NCBI GenBank assembly: GCA_949293175.1
Contig: CASFCI010000005.1
Span: 69,005 to 133,004, forward strand
DNA length: 64,000 nucleotides
Source: an uncultured bacterium
GTDB lineage: Bacteria; Bacillota_I; Bacilli_A; RFN20; CAG-826
Direction: 5' to 3'
The notes under the pieces were generated by a model. It saw nothing but the letters and a program-made list of their open reading frames with translations. It was not told the DNA's origin and searched no databases. The translations under genes were made by a program, and so were the position numbers. Positions 8,696 through 22,338 of the stretch are shown piece after piece; within the stretch, counting starts at the first letter, position 1; each line of letters begins with the position of its first letter.

Positions 8696-10594
8696 ATGGA
8701 AGAGAAAGAGAACCGCAAGAAAGAAGCCACCATACTTTTCACTAGGGTTGGCCTTTCCGTCGCATTATTGCTGCTGGGCACGCTTTACCTAAACGAGGAC
8801 AACTTCCCCTGGTACGCCAACCTGATCGTGATGCTTTCTAGCTACCTGATCATCGCCTACGACGTCATTTTCAAGGCCTTCCGGCTGACTTTTGCGGAGA
8901 AAGACCCCTTCAATGAGTGCACCTTGATGGTGCTGGCCTCCTTCGGGGCGTTCGCCCTGCGGGCCTTCGGCAAGGACGAGAACGAGTACCTCGAAGGCGT
9001 GCTGGTCATATTGCTGTATCAGATCGGCGAATTCTTCCAAGACCTCGCCGAGGACAAGTCGAAGGATGCGATAACCAAAGCCATCGACCTCCGCGAGGAG
9101 AAGGCCAAGGTTCGACTTGATGGCAAGCTCATCGAGAAGGACGCCGAGGACATCCTCCCCGGGGACGTGCTGCTCATCTCCAGCGGGTCGAAGGTGCTTT
9201 GCGACGGCAAGGTCGCCTCAGGCGAAGCGATGGTCGACGAGTCCTCGCTTACCGGCGAGTTCGTGCCGGTTAGCAAGAAGGAAGGCGACGAGGTCACCTC
9301 GGGCACCATGGTATCGGAAGGCTACCTCGAGGTCGTGGCCTCGAAAGCCTATTCGGACTCGACCGTCGCCAAATTGCTGGAGCTCGTCACCTCCTCGGCG
9401 GAGAAGAAATCCAAGGCCACCCGCTTCATCTCGAGATTCTCGCGCTACTACACCCCGATCGTCATGGCCTTGGCGGTCATGGTGGCGGCATTGCCGCCGC
9501 TATTCCTGGGCGTCTCCGATGGGCAGGTCTGGGCGAGGTGGATCTACGCCGCGCTAAGCTTCCTCATCGTCTCCTGCCCCTGCGCGGTGGTCATCTCGGT
9601 GCCATTAGCCTATTTCTCCGGCCTAGGACTGGCCTCAAGAAGCGGCGTCCTGGTCAAGGGCGCGGCCTACTTCGATCAGCTCAACTCGCTTTACGCGGTG
9701 GCTTTCGACAAGACCGGCACCCTGACCGAGGGGCGATTCAAGCTGCTATCCTGCCATCCGCAAGGCATATCGGAAGCGGAGTTCCTCGAATACGCCGCCG
9801 CCTCTGAGGCGATATCAAACCACCCGATCGCCGCCTGTTTGAAGTCGCTTTCATCCTTCGACCAGTCGCAGGTGTCCTCCGCCGTAGATCTGGCGGGCGA
9901 GGGTGTCAAGGCCGTCTACAAGGGCCATGAGGTGTTCGCCGGCAAGGCCAAGGAAGGCGACTCGCCAAAACAGGAAGGCACGGCCATCTCGCTATATATC
10001 GATGGCGAATACCGCGGCTACTGCCTGCTTGGCGACGAAGCCAAGCCCAATGCCAAGATGACCATCGCCGAGCTAAACCGCCGCGGCATACTGACCTGCA
10101 TGTTCTCCGGCGATAGGAAGGAGAATGCCGAGCGCATGGCTTATAGCCTTGGGCTTAAAGAAGTCAAAGCAGGGCTCACCCCCGAGCAGAAGACCGAGGC
10201 CCTCAAGGAGCTCATCGCCAAGAAGAAGGGCGCCGTGGCCTTCGTCGGCGATGGCATAAACGACGCGCCCTCCATCGCCTTGTCCGACGTCGGCATCGCC
10301 ATGGGCGGATTGGGGTCGGACGCCGCGGTGGCCAATGCCGACTGCGTCATCCTCAACGACGACCCCAAGAAGATAATCACCTTGCTTCGCGTCGCCAGGA
10401 AAACCAATAACCGGGCCCTGTTCAACATCCTCGCCTCGCTAGGCGTTAAGGGCGTCGTCATGGCCTTATCGATCGCCGCCTCGGCCACCGGGGCCTTCTC
10501 GATGCCGATCTTCGTCTCGGTGTTCGCCGATTCGGGGCTGGCGTTATTGATGACCCTCAGTTCTTTGCTCTTAGGATTTGAGAAGGTGAAGTAG
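8696..10594 (+). CDS. Heavy-metal translocating P1B-type ATPase (CadA/ZntA-like)
   Basis: CPC motif in TM6 (SCPCAVVISVP), plus DKTGTLT and GDGINDAP. ATG 8696 lies 8 nt after AAGGAG. GTG 8690 is an alternative start. Confidence 0.9.
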   Translation: MEEKENRKKEATILFTRVGLSVALLLLGTLYLNEDNFPWYANLIVMLSSYLIIAYDVIFKAFRLTFAEKDPFNECTLMVLASFGAFALRAFGKDENEYLEGVLVILLYQIGEFFQDLAEDKSKDAITKAIDLREEKAKVRLDGKLIEKDAEDILPGDVLLISSGSKVLCDGKVASGEAMVDESSLTGEFVPVSKKEGDEVTSGTMVSEGYLEVVASKAYSDSTVAKLLELVTSSAEKKSKATRFISRFSRYYTPIVMALAVMVAALPPLFLGVSDGQVWARWIYAALSFLIVSCPCAVVISVPLAYFSGLGLASRSGVLVKGAAYFDQLNSLYAVAFDKTGTLTEGRFKLLSCHPQGISEAEFLEYAAASEAISNHPIAACLKSLSSFDQSQVSSAVDLAGEGVKAVYKGHEVFAGKAKEGDSPKQEGTAISLYIDGEYRGYCLLGDEAKPNAKMTIAELNRRGILTCMFSGDRKENAERMAYSLGLKEVKAGLTPEQKTEALKELIAKKKGAVAFVGDGINDAPSIALSDVGIAMGGLGSDAAVANADCVILNDDPKKIITLLRVARKTNNRALFNILASLGVKGVVMALSIAASATGAFSMPIFVSVFADSGLALLMTLSSLLLGFEKVK

Positions 10595-10603
10595 GGCGAA
10601 TAG

Positions 10604-10647
10604 ACCCGTCAACCCAAGCATTGATTGGGCTGGCGGGTTTTCTTTTT
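10604..10647 (+). terminator. Rho-independent terminator after the ATPase
   Basis: Imperfect hairpin ACCCGTCAACCCA...TGGGCTGGCGGGT followed by TTTTCTTTTT. Confidence 0.55.
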
Positions 10648-10794
10648 ATCCGCAAAGTTATCCGATATTTGCCAAAGTCAGTCGCGATTTGCGTGGTATT
10701 TCCTCGATATTATTGTTTCGTAAAACAAGAATATATAAACGTCAATAGAAACTAGGAGTCCGGCGCTTGGCGGCGGCCTAATCCAAAAAAGCTC

Positions 10795-10824
10795 TTTACT
10801 TTCACACTTGCCTACGCGTATCAT
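10795..10824 (+). promoter_or_regulatory. Predicted rplK-rplA promoter
   Basis: TTTACT, 18-nt spacer, TATCAT. A roughly 90-nt leader follows, containing hairpin AAGCGCA/TGCGCTT (10829-10849). Confidence 0.35.
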
Positions 10825-10916
10825 ACACAAGCGCATTATCCGTGCGCTTTATGCGTGGGAGGGCATGACGAAGCCCGCTAACCACTGCATGCAACCATCC
10901 AAACAAGGAGGAAAAC

Positions 10917-11327
10917 ATGAGCAAGAAAATCGTCAAAGTCGTCAAGATGGAGCTCCCCGGCGGAGAGGCCCATCCCGGACCGAAGCTCGCTTCTGCCGGA
11001 GTCGTGATGAACAAGTTCTGCACCGACTTCAACGCCAAGACCGGCGACAGGCGCGGCGAGACCGTCCCCGTCATCATCACCGCCTACGAAGACAAGTCCT
11101 ACGACTTCGTCATCAAGACCAGCCCGGTCGCTGAGAGGATCCTCAAGGCCGCTGGCATCAAGAAGGGATCCGGCAACGCCAAGACCATCGTCGGGCACAT
11201 CAGCCAGGCCCAGCTCGAGGAGATCGCCAAGTACAAGCTCCCCGACTTCAACACTGAGGACGTAGAGGCCGCGAAGAAGATCGTCGCCGGCACCTGCCGT
11301 CAGATGGGCATCGCCATCGACAAGTAA
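10917..11327 (+). CDS. rplK: 50S ribosomal protein L11
   Basis: FCTDFNAKT and TSPVAERILKAAGIKKGSG motifs, a strong SD, and the position before rplA. Confidence 0.9.
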   Translation: MSKKIVKVVKMELPGGEAHPGPKLASAGVVMNKFCTDFNAKTGDRRGETVPVIITAYEDKSYDFVIKTSPVAERILKAAGIKKGSGNAKTIVGHISQAQLEEIAKYKLPDFNTEDVEAAKKIVAGTCRQMGIAIDK

Positions 11328-11338
11328 GGAGAGCAGCA

Positions 11339-12031
11339 ATGAAGAAGCACAGCAAGAAATACACCGCAGCCCTCGCCAAGGTCGATGCCAAGAAGATCTA
11401 CGACCTCGCCGAGGCCGTGAAGCTCGTCAAGGAGACCAGCGTCACCAAGTTCGACGCCTCGGTCGACGTCAGCTTCAACCTCAACGTCAACCCGACCCTC
11501 GCCGATCAGCTGATCAGGGGCACCATCACCCTCCCGCACGGCAACGGCAAGACCAAGAAGGTCCTCGTCGTCACCAACACCAAGATCGAGGAAGCCAAGG
11601 AAGCCGGAGCCGACTTCGTTGGCGGCAAGGACATCCTCGAGAAGATCCAGCGCGAGAACTGGTTCGGATTCGACATCATCGTCGCCACCCCGGACATGAT
11701 GGGCGAACTCGGGAAGATGGGCCGTCTGCTCGGCCCCAAGGGCTTGATGCCTAACCCGAAGACCGGCACCGTCACCATGGACGTCAAAGGCGCCGTCATC
11801 GACATCAAGAAGGGCAAGATCGCCTACCGCGTCGACCGCGATGGCAACCTCTCCATGCCGATCGCCAAGGTCTCCTTCTCCGATGCGGACCTCCTCGACA
11901 ACCTGACCGCCGTCTGCGATCACATCGCCAAGAGCCGCCCGTCCACCGTCAAGGGCACCTTCATCATCACCGCCGCCATCTCCACCACCATGGGCCCGGC
12001 GGTCCAGATCAGCTTCCCTGGTCGCAACTAA
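11339..12031 (+). CDS. rplA: 50S ribosomal protein L1
   Basis: Typical L1 sequence (GTITLPHGNGK, LGPKGLMPNPKTGTVT). Confidence 0.95.
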   Translation: MKKHSKKYTAALAKVDAKKIYDLAEAVKLVKETSVTKFDASVDVSFNLNVNPTLADQLIRGTITLPHGNGKTKKVLVVTNTKIEEAKEAGADFVGGKDILEKIQRENWFGFDIIVATPDMMGELGKMGRLLGPKGLMPNPKTGTVTMDVKGAVIDIKKGKIAYRVDRDGNLSMPIAKVSFSDADLLDNLTAVCDHIAKSRPSTVKGTFIITAAISTTMGPAVQISFPGRN

Positions 12032-12170
12032 TTCCTAGGTGAATCGCTTCGTATACCTAAGATAGCCGGGGGCAAGTGCCTTAAAAGTCCACCCTGCTGA
12101 GGTAGCATTCACAAATACCCACTAGTTATATTGAAGCTTCACATATACAACAAGGAAAGGAGGTAGAAAC
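12032..12170 (+). promoter_or_regulatory. Possible L10 leader (autoregulatory 5' UTR of rplJ-rplL)
   Basis: A 139-nt untranslated gap at the position where Bacillota carry the L10(L12)4-binding leader. The structure was not verified. Confidence 0.3.
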
Positions 12171-12683
12171 ATGAATCAGCAAGCGCTGCAGCAAAAGAAA
12201 GACGCGGTCAAAGCCATCAAGGAATCCTTTGACAAGTCCGCGTCCTTGACGGTCGTCTCCTATCAGGGGCTAACCGTCGCCGAATTGCAGGAGCTACGCC
12301 GCAAACTCGAAGAAGTCGGAGCCACCCTCACCGTTTACAAGAACACGATGGTGCGCCGCGCCCTCTCTGAGGAAGGCGCCCCCGACCTTGGCGATCTGCT
12401 AAACGGCCCGAATGGATTCGTCTTCTCCGAAGATCTGTCCAAAGGCCCGAAGGCCCTCACCAAGTTTGCCCGCTACCACGAGAAACTCGTCATCAAAGGC
12501 GGGGTCGCCGAGGGACAGGTCCTCGATGCCGACAAGGTCAAAGAGATCTCCAAGCTCCCCGACAAGAACGGCCTACTCGCCATGTTCCTATCGTGCTTGA
12601 ATGCACCCGTCACCAGCTTCGCCGCCACCGTCAAGGCGATCGCGGACAAAGCTTCACCGGCCACCGAGGCCAGCTCTAATTAG
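12171..12683 (+). CDS. rplJ: 50S ribosomal protein L10
   Basis: Sequence and synteny, with an AGGAGG SD. Confidence 0.95.
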   Translation: MNQQALQQKKDAVKAIKESFDKSASLTVVSYQGLTVAELQELRRKLEEVGATLTVYKNTMVRRALSEEGAPDLGDLLNGPNGFVFSEDLSKGPKALTKFARYHEKLVIKGGVAEGQVLDADKVKEISKLPDKNGLLAMFLSCLNAPVTSFAATVKAIADKASPATEASSN

Positions 12684-12695
12684 GAGGAAAAATCA

Positions 12696-13076
12696 ATGGC
12701 TAAGCTAACCAAAGAAGAAATCATCGCCTCTTTGAAGGAATACACCGTCCTCGAGCTCAACGAGCTCGTCAAGGCCGTCGAAGAGGAATTCGGCGTCACC
12801 GCCGCGGCCCCCGTCGCCGCTGCCGCCCCCGCCGAGGAAGAGGGCCCGGTCGCCAAAGGACCGGCCGAGGTCTCCCTCATCCTCAAGGGCCTTGGATCTG
12901 GTTCCAAGGTTGCCATCATCAAAGCCGTCCAGGCCATCACCGGCCTCGGCCTGATGGATGCCAAGAAGCTCGTCGATGCCATCCCGGCTCCGGTCAAGGA
13001 GCACATCTCGCCCGTCGAGGCCGAGGAGCACAAGAAGGCCCTCGTCGCCGCCGGCGCCGAAGTCGAGATCAAGTAA
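12696..13076 (+). CDS. rplL: 50S ribosomal protein L7/L12
   Basis: Ala/Pro hinge and C-terminal [24 protein letters not shown]. Confidence 0.95.
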   Translation: MAKLTKEEIIASLKEYTVLELNELVKAVEEEFGVTAAAPVAAAAPAEEEGPVAKGPAEVSLILKGLGSGSKVAIIKAVQAITGLGLMDAKKLVDAIPAPVKEHISPVEAEEHKKALVAAGAEVEIK

Positions 13077-13155
13077 TCTCAACCCACAACAACCATGCCC
13101 GCCCTGGGAGGGAAACCCCCTGGGGTGGGTTATTGCGCATTAATCAAGGTAACCA

Positions 13156-13755
13156 ATGTCACGCTACTTCGACAACGATCCGAGCCTTCCCCACGAGGAC
13201 TGCTCCTATAGCTTCGAGATAGCGTCTCGGCGGTTCACCATCTCATCCGATTCAGGGGTCTTCTCCAAAGGTGGCCTTGATGATGGTAGCAGATTGCTGC
13301 TTGAAACCATCGTCAAGACCGATCTTGGGACGAACATACTCGACCTCGGATGCGGGATCGGCCCGATAGGGCTGGTCCTCGCCTGCTTCGACCCGAGAAG
13401 GCACGTCGTATTGGCCGACGTAAACCTGCGGGCGCTGCAGAAGGCGAAGGAGAACGCCATCGCCCTTGGTGTACAAAGCCAAGTGGAAGTGGTGGAATCC
13501 GACGTCTATTCGTCGTTGCAGAAGCAGACCTTCTCCACCATTGTGACCAACCCGCCCATCCGGGCCGGGAAGAAGGTCACATACGCGATGTACGCGGGCG
13601 CGCTCAGCCATCTTAATGAAGGTGGCCGATTGATCCTAGTCATCCGTAAGCAGCAAGGCGCCTCGTCTTGCAAAGCCTACCTGGAAAGCCTCTACTCCAA
13701 AGTGGAGCTGGCCGCCCAGAAGAAGGGATATCGCATCCTCATCGCGACAAAGTAA
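13156..13755 (+). CDS. Class I SAM-dependent rRNA methyltransferase (RsmC/YbxB-like)
   Basis: ILDLGCGIGPIG SAM motif and TNPPIRAGK catalytic motif. Same position as B. subtilis ybxB, between rplL and rpoB. Confidence 0.75.
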   Translation: MSRYFDNDPSLPHEDCSYSFEIASRRFTISSDSGVFSKGGLDDGSRLLLETIVKTDLGTNILDLGCGIGPIGLVLACFDPRRHVVLADVNLRALQKAKENAIALGVQSQVEVVESDVYSSLQKQTFSTIVTNPPIRAGKKVTYAMYAGALSHLNEGGRLILVIRKQQGASSCKAYLESLYSKVELAAQKKGYRILIATK

Positions 13756-13765
13756 GGAGTAAAAA

Positions 13766-16700
13766 ATGCCCGAACAAGACAACATCATCCCCAACACCCA
13801 TTACGTCTCACCCGACGGCAAGGAATACCCCGTTGGGCTAAACGGCCGCATCGACTTCTCCAAGATCAGCGGCCATCTCGACCTGCCCAACCTCGTCGAG
13901 ATACAGACCAATTCCTACGCGGACTTCGTCAACAAGGGAATCGACGAGGTCTTCAAGGAGGTTTTCCCGATCGTCAACAACGCCGGGAACATCTCCGTCG
14001 AATACGTATCGAGCCGCCTCGAGGACCCGACCTCGACCCCGGCCCAATGCAGGGAGCACTCCAGCGATTATTCAAGCAAGCTGAAGGTGACCCTCCGCCT
14101 GCGCTTCACCGACACCGACGAGATGAAGGAGAAGGAGCTCTACATGGGCGACCTCCCGAAGATGACCGAATCCGGCACCTTCATCATCAACGGGGCCGTG
14201 CGCGCCGTCATCTCGCAGATCGTCCGTTCGCCGGGCGCCTATTTCAAGGACACCTACGACAAGTCCATCGACGCCCACATCTATAACGGCGAGATCACCC
14301 CCAACCGCGGCACCTGGCTGCAGTTTGAGACCGACTCGAAGGGCGTCCCCTTCGTCCGCATCGACCGCCAGCGCAAGCTCATCGCCACCGAGTTCTTCAA
14401 GGCCCTTGGCTATGACACCGAGGATGCCCTAATCAAGATTTTCGGCAACTCCGATGCCCTCAAGCTCGCCATCGACAAGGATCAGACCAAGAACCAGATC
14501 GAGGCCTTGACCGACATCTTCACCAAGCTCAAGCCCGGCGAGCCGTACACCACCGATGGGCTTTTCGGCTTCATCGCCAGCAAGTTCTTCAACGACAAGC
14601 AGTACGACCTCGGCAGGGCGGGGCGCTTCAAATACACCCAGAAGCTCGGCCTCTACGAGAGGATGGTCGGCGTCACCTTGGCCGAGACCCTCGACGACGA
14701 GGCCACCGGCGAGATCGTCTTCCCCGAAGGCCATAAGCTCACCAAGGAAGACGTCGAGCACCTACGCGACATAGAATACTTCGAAAACGGCAACAAGGCC
14801 GTCACTTTGAAGTCCAACCCGAAGCTCGACGAGCACACCACCGTGAACATCGTCCGGGTCTACACCACCTCGAAGTCCGGCGAGAAGGTCGTCCGCAATC
14901 TGGTCGGCACCGACACCAACCTCACCATCGACCGCGTCACCGTTTCCGACATGGTCGCTTGCTTCTCCTACTTCCTCAATGTCATGGATGGCATCGGAAA
15001 CACCGATGACATCGACCATTTGGGCAACCGCCGCGTCCGCTGCGTCGGGGAGCTTCTCCAGAACCAGTTCCGCGTCGGCCTCGCCAAGATGGCCAAGACG
15101 ATCCAGCAGAAGCTGACCGTCTCCGATTCGAGCCTGACCGTCCAGCAGGTGGTCAACGTCCGCCCGCTGCGCACCGCGATCAGGGAGTTCTTCTCCACCT
15201 CGAACCTCTCCCAGTTCATGGACCAGGTCAACCCGCTGGCCGAGCTGACCAACAAGCGCCGCATCTCGGCCCTCGGCCCTGGCGGACTTACCCGCGACCG
15301 CGCCTCCATCGAGGTCCGCGACGTCCACTACACCCATTACGGCCGCCTCTGCCCGATCGAATCGCCTGAAGGCCAGAACATCGGCCTCATCAACTACCTC
15401 TGCTGCTACGCCAAGGTCAACGACCGCGGCTTCATCATGACTCCGTACCGCGCCGTCTACCACGTCGGCGAGAAGGCCTACGTCTCCGATTCCGCCTCCG
15501 GCTGCCAGTACAAGACCGCCGACGATGAGCGCGGCCTGTTCATCGCCGAGTCCAACATCAACCTCGGCGAGCCGGTGCTCGGCAAGTCCGTCGGCATCAC
15601 CGACTGCGAGGACGACGAGTACGTCAAGGAGATCCTCGACGACGAGGTCACCGTGAGGTTCGACGAGGACAACACGATGGTCAGCAAGCAGAAGGTCGAC
15701 TTTGTCGACGTCAGCCCGAAGCAGATCGTCTCGATCGGCGCGGCCTGCATTCCTTTCCTTGCCCACGACGATGCCACCCGTGCCCTCATGGGCGCGAACA
15801 TGCAGCGCCAGGCCATCCCGCTGCTCCGCCCCTCGATCCCCTACGTCGGGACCGGCATGGAGGCGGTCATCGCCAAAGACTCCGGCGAGGGCGTCGTCGC
15901 CTACGAAGACGGCGTCGTCACCTACGTCGACTCCTCTTCCATCAAGGTCAACGAGGGGGCTTCCATCCGCACCTACGAGCTCGAGAAGTTCCAGAGCTCG
16001 AACCAGGACACCTGCATCAACCAGCTGCCGATCGTCAAGGTCGGCGACTCGATAAAGAAGGGCCAAGTCATCGCCGATGGCCCAGCCATGCGCGGCGGCG
16101 AGCTCGCGCTAGGCCAGAACGTCCTCGTCGCCTACATGACCTGGAACGGCTTCAACTACGAAGACGCCGTCATCATGAGCGAGAGGATGGTCAAAGACGA
16201 CACCTTCACCTCGATCCACATCTCCCATTACGACTGCGAGTGCCACGTCGGCAAGCTCGGGTCGGATGAGATCACCCGCGACATCCCCAACGTCGGCGAG
16301 GAGGCCAAGGCCTTCCTCGACGAGCGGGGCATCATCATCCCGGGCGCCGAGGTCAAGGAAGGCGACATCCTAGTCGGCAAAGTGGCCCCGAAGGGCCAGA
16401 CCGAGCCGACCCCCGAGGAGAAGCTGCTCATGGCCATCTTCGCCGAGAAGACGAAGGAGGGCAAGGATGAGTCCAAGCGCGTGCCCCACGGCGGCGCCGG
16501 CATCGTCCATGCCGTCAAGATCTTCTCCCGCAAGAACGGCGACACCCTCCCCAACGGCGTCTCCGAGATGGTCCGCGTCTACATCGTGCAGAAGCGCAAG
16601 ATCTCCGAGGGCGACAAGATGTCCGGCCGCCACGGCAACAAAGGCGTCATCTCCAAGATCCTCCCGGTCGAGGACATGCCGTTCCTTTCCGATGGCACCC

Positions 16701-17503
16701 CGATCGACATCCTGCTCTCGCCAATGGGCGTCCCGTCCCGTATGAACATCGGGCAGATATTGGAAGTCCACCTCGGCCTCGCCTGCCGCAAGCTCGGCAT
16801 GCGCGTCGCCACCCCGGCCTTCGACGGCGTCTCCAACGAGGAGCTGTTCGACATAATGAGGAAAGCGGGGCTAAGCGAGGATGGCAAGACCGTCCTTTAC
16901 GACGGCCGCACCGGCGAGCCGTTCGCTGAGCGCATCTCCGTCGGCGTCCAGTACATGATCAAGCTCAACCACATGGTCATCGACAAGCTGCACGCCCGCG
17001 CCACCGGCCCATACGCCTTGGTCACCCAGCAGCCGCTAGGCGGCAAAGCCCAAAACGGCGGCCAGCGCTTCGGCGAGATGGAAGTCTGGGCCCTCGAGGC
17101 CTACGGCGCCGCCCACACCTTGCAGGAGATGCTCACCCTGAAGTCCGACGACCGCGTCGGCCGCAGGCGCACCTACGAGGCCATCATCAAGCAGAACCCG
17201 ATCCCGACCCCGGGCATGCCCGAGGCGTTCCGCGTCCTCACCAAAGAGCTCATGGGACTTGGGCTGAGCGTCACCTTGTTCGACAAGAACAACCAGCCCA
17301 TCGACATGGACGAGCTCGTCAGGCGCAACCTCGACGCCGAGCGTCAGGCGTCCCGCGGCATCCGCGAGGCGATGAGCCCGCGCGAGGAGGAGATCGACCC
17401 GACCGCCACCGTGGCCAAGGAAGACGATCCCCTGCCGAGCTTCGACGAGGAATCCTTAGCTGAGGAGGGACTTTCCATAAAGAACTCCTCGGATGAGGAA
17501 TAA
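13766..17503 (+). CDS. rpoB: DNA-directed RNA polymerase subunit beta
   Basis: 1245 aa with canonical beta motifs ([37 protein letters not shown]). Confidence 0.98.
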   Translation: MPEQDNIIPNTHYVSPDGKEYPVGLNGRIDFSKISGHLDLPNLVEIQTNSYADFVNKGIDEVFKEVFPIVNNAGNISVEYVSSRLEDPTSTPAQCREHSSDYSSKLKVTLRLRFTDTDEMKEKELYMGDLPKMTESGTFIINGAVRAVISQIVRSPGAYFKDTYDKSIDAHIYNGEITPNRGTWLQFETDSKGVPFVRIDRQRKLIATEFFKALGYDTEDALIKIFGNSDALKLAIDKDQTKNQIEALTDIFTKLKPGEPYTTDGLFGFIASKFFNDKQYDLGRAGRFKYTQKLGLYERMVGVTLAETLDDEATGEIVFPEGHKLTKEDVEHLRDIEYFENGNKAVTLKSNPKLDEHTTVNIVRVYTTSKSGEKVVRNLVGTDTNLTIDRVTVSDMVACFSYFLNVMDGIGNTDDIDHLGNRRVRCVGELLQNQFRVGLAKMAKTIQQKLTVSDSSLTVQQVVNVRPLRTAIREFFSTSNLSQFMDQVNPLAELTNKRRISALGPGGLTRDRASIEVRDVHYTHYGRLCPIESPEGQNIGLINYLCCYAKVNDRGFIMTPYRAVYHVGEKAYVSDSASGCQYKTADDERGLFIAESNINLGEPVLGKSVGITDCEDDEYVKEILDDEVTVRFDEDNTMVSKQKVDFVDVSPKQIVSIGAACIPFLAHDDATRALMGANMQRQAIPLLRPSIPYVGTGMEAVIAKDSGEGVVAYEDGVVTYVDSSSIKVNEGASIRTYELEKFQSSNQDTCINQLPIVKVGDSIKKGQVIADGPAMRGGELALGQNVLVAYMTWNGFNYEDAVIMSERMVKDDTFTSIHISHYDCECHVGKLGSDEITRDIPNVGEEAKAFLDERGIIIPGAEVKEGDILVGKVAPKGQTEPTPEEKLLMAIFAEKTKEGKDESKRVPHGGAGIVHAVKIFSRKNGDTLPNGVSEMVRVYIVQKRKISEGDKMSGRHGNKGVISKILPVEDMPFLSDGTPIDILLSPMGVPSRMNIGQILEVHLGLACRKLGMRVATPAFDGVSNEELFDIMRKAGLSEDGKTVLYDGRTGEPFAERISVGVQYMIKLNHMVIDKLHARATGPYALVTQQPLGGKAQNGGQRFGEMEVWALEAYGAAHTLQEMLTLKSDDRVGRRRTYEAIIKQNPIPTPGMPEAFRVLTKELMGLGLSVTLFDKNNQPIDMDELVRRNLDAERQASRGIREAMSPREEEIDPTATVAKEDDPLPSFDEESLAEEGLSIKNSSDEE

Positions 17504-17517
17504 AGGAGGCAATGAAA

Positions 17518-21594
<4,077 letters not shown>

Positions 21595-21600
21595 AAAGAA

Positions 21601-21626
21601 GGCGAGCTTCGCGGCTCGCCTTTTTC
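21601..21626 (+). terminator. Rho-independent terminator after rpoC
   Basis: Stem GGCGAGC/GCTCGCC followed by TTTTT. Confidence 0.7.
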
Positions 21627-21632
21627 CTTGCC

Positions 21633-22154
21633 TCACCTTCCCGGGTCGAAGCTCAGGAAGCAGGTTATCATGCGGAGGTCCGGCCGACCCGACTGCCTCC
21701 CGGAGAGGACGTAATAGACGGCGTAGGCCTCCTCGCCATCATCGGGCCAGTGCGGCGTGAACGTCTCGTCGAACACCTTGCCTTCGGCCTGCGTTTCGTT
21801 GACCGGCAAGAAGATATCCTCCGGGAAGACGAATTCCGGGATGTCGGAGCAGGGGACAGGGGAGAAGACCCCTTTTCCGACGCTCAGCGGCTCGACCACG
21901 ACGTGGTGGAGCTTCCCGCTTGCGTCGAAGTAGGCGTTGGCCGTCTCCCCTGGGAGGATGTAGTCCGTCCTCTTCCCGCCTTCCTTCCCGATGTAGGCCG
22001 GCACCTCGGACAGGTCGAATGGCTGGTAGATGGAGAAGGAGTAGTCCTCGTTCTGGACTATCTCTATCCGATACGGCACCTTGGTGAGCCCATTCGACGA
22101 GCAGGAGGCGGCCATGGGCAGCAAGGCCATCAAAAGCAATCCAGATTTTTTCAT
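21633..22154 (-). CDS. Hypothetical lipoprotein
   Basis: MKKSGLLLMALLPMAASC lipobox. GGAGG lies 9 nt upstream of this ATG. The ORF-track start at 22163 abuts the SD directly. Confidence 0.6.
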   Translation of the reverse strand: MKKSGLLLMALLPMAASCSSNGLTKVPYRIEIVQNEDYSFSIYQPFDLSEVPAYIGKEGGKRTDYILPGETANAYFDASGKLHHVVVEPLSVGKGVFSPVPCSDIPEFVFPEDIFLPVNETQAEGKVFDETFTPHWPDDGEEAYAVYYVLSGRQSGRPDLRMITCFLSFDPGR

Positions 22155-22338
22155 AAAGCGCATCCTCCTTTGTTCGGCGAAAATGTGTTTCCGCCCCTTT
22201 ATATTTAAACTATATGTCCAGATTGCTTTTTTGCAATCCGCCCATTCCTTGGCCGCGGCAAAGCGCCTGGAGGTGGGGCGACCCGCCTTTTCTCGTCCTC
22301 TTTTACTTAAGGCGAAAAGCAGGATAGACTACTTCCTA

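Noticed and set aside
14762-16066. 434-aa minus-strand ORF, plus several 60-130-aa ORFs in other frames between 13.8 and 21.6 kb.
   Set aside because: All are embedded in rpoB or rpoC. They have low-complexity Arg/Gly/Asp/Val-rich translations and no start signals.
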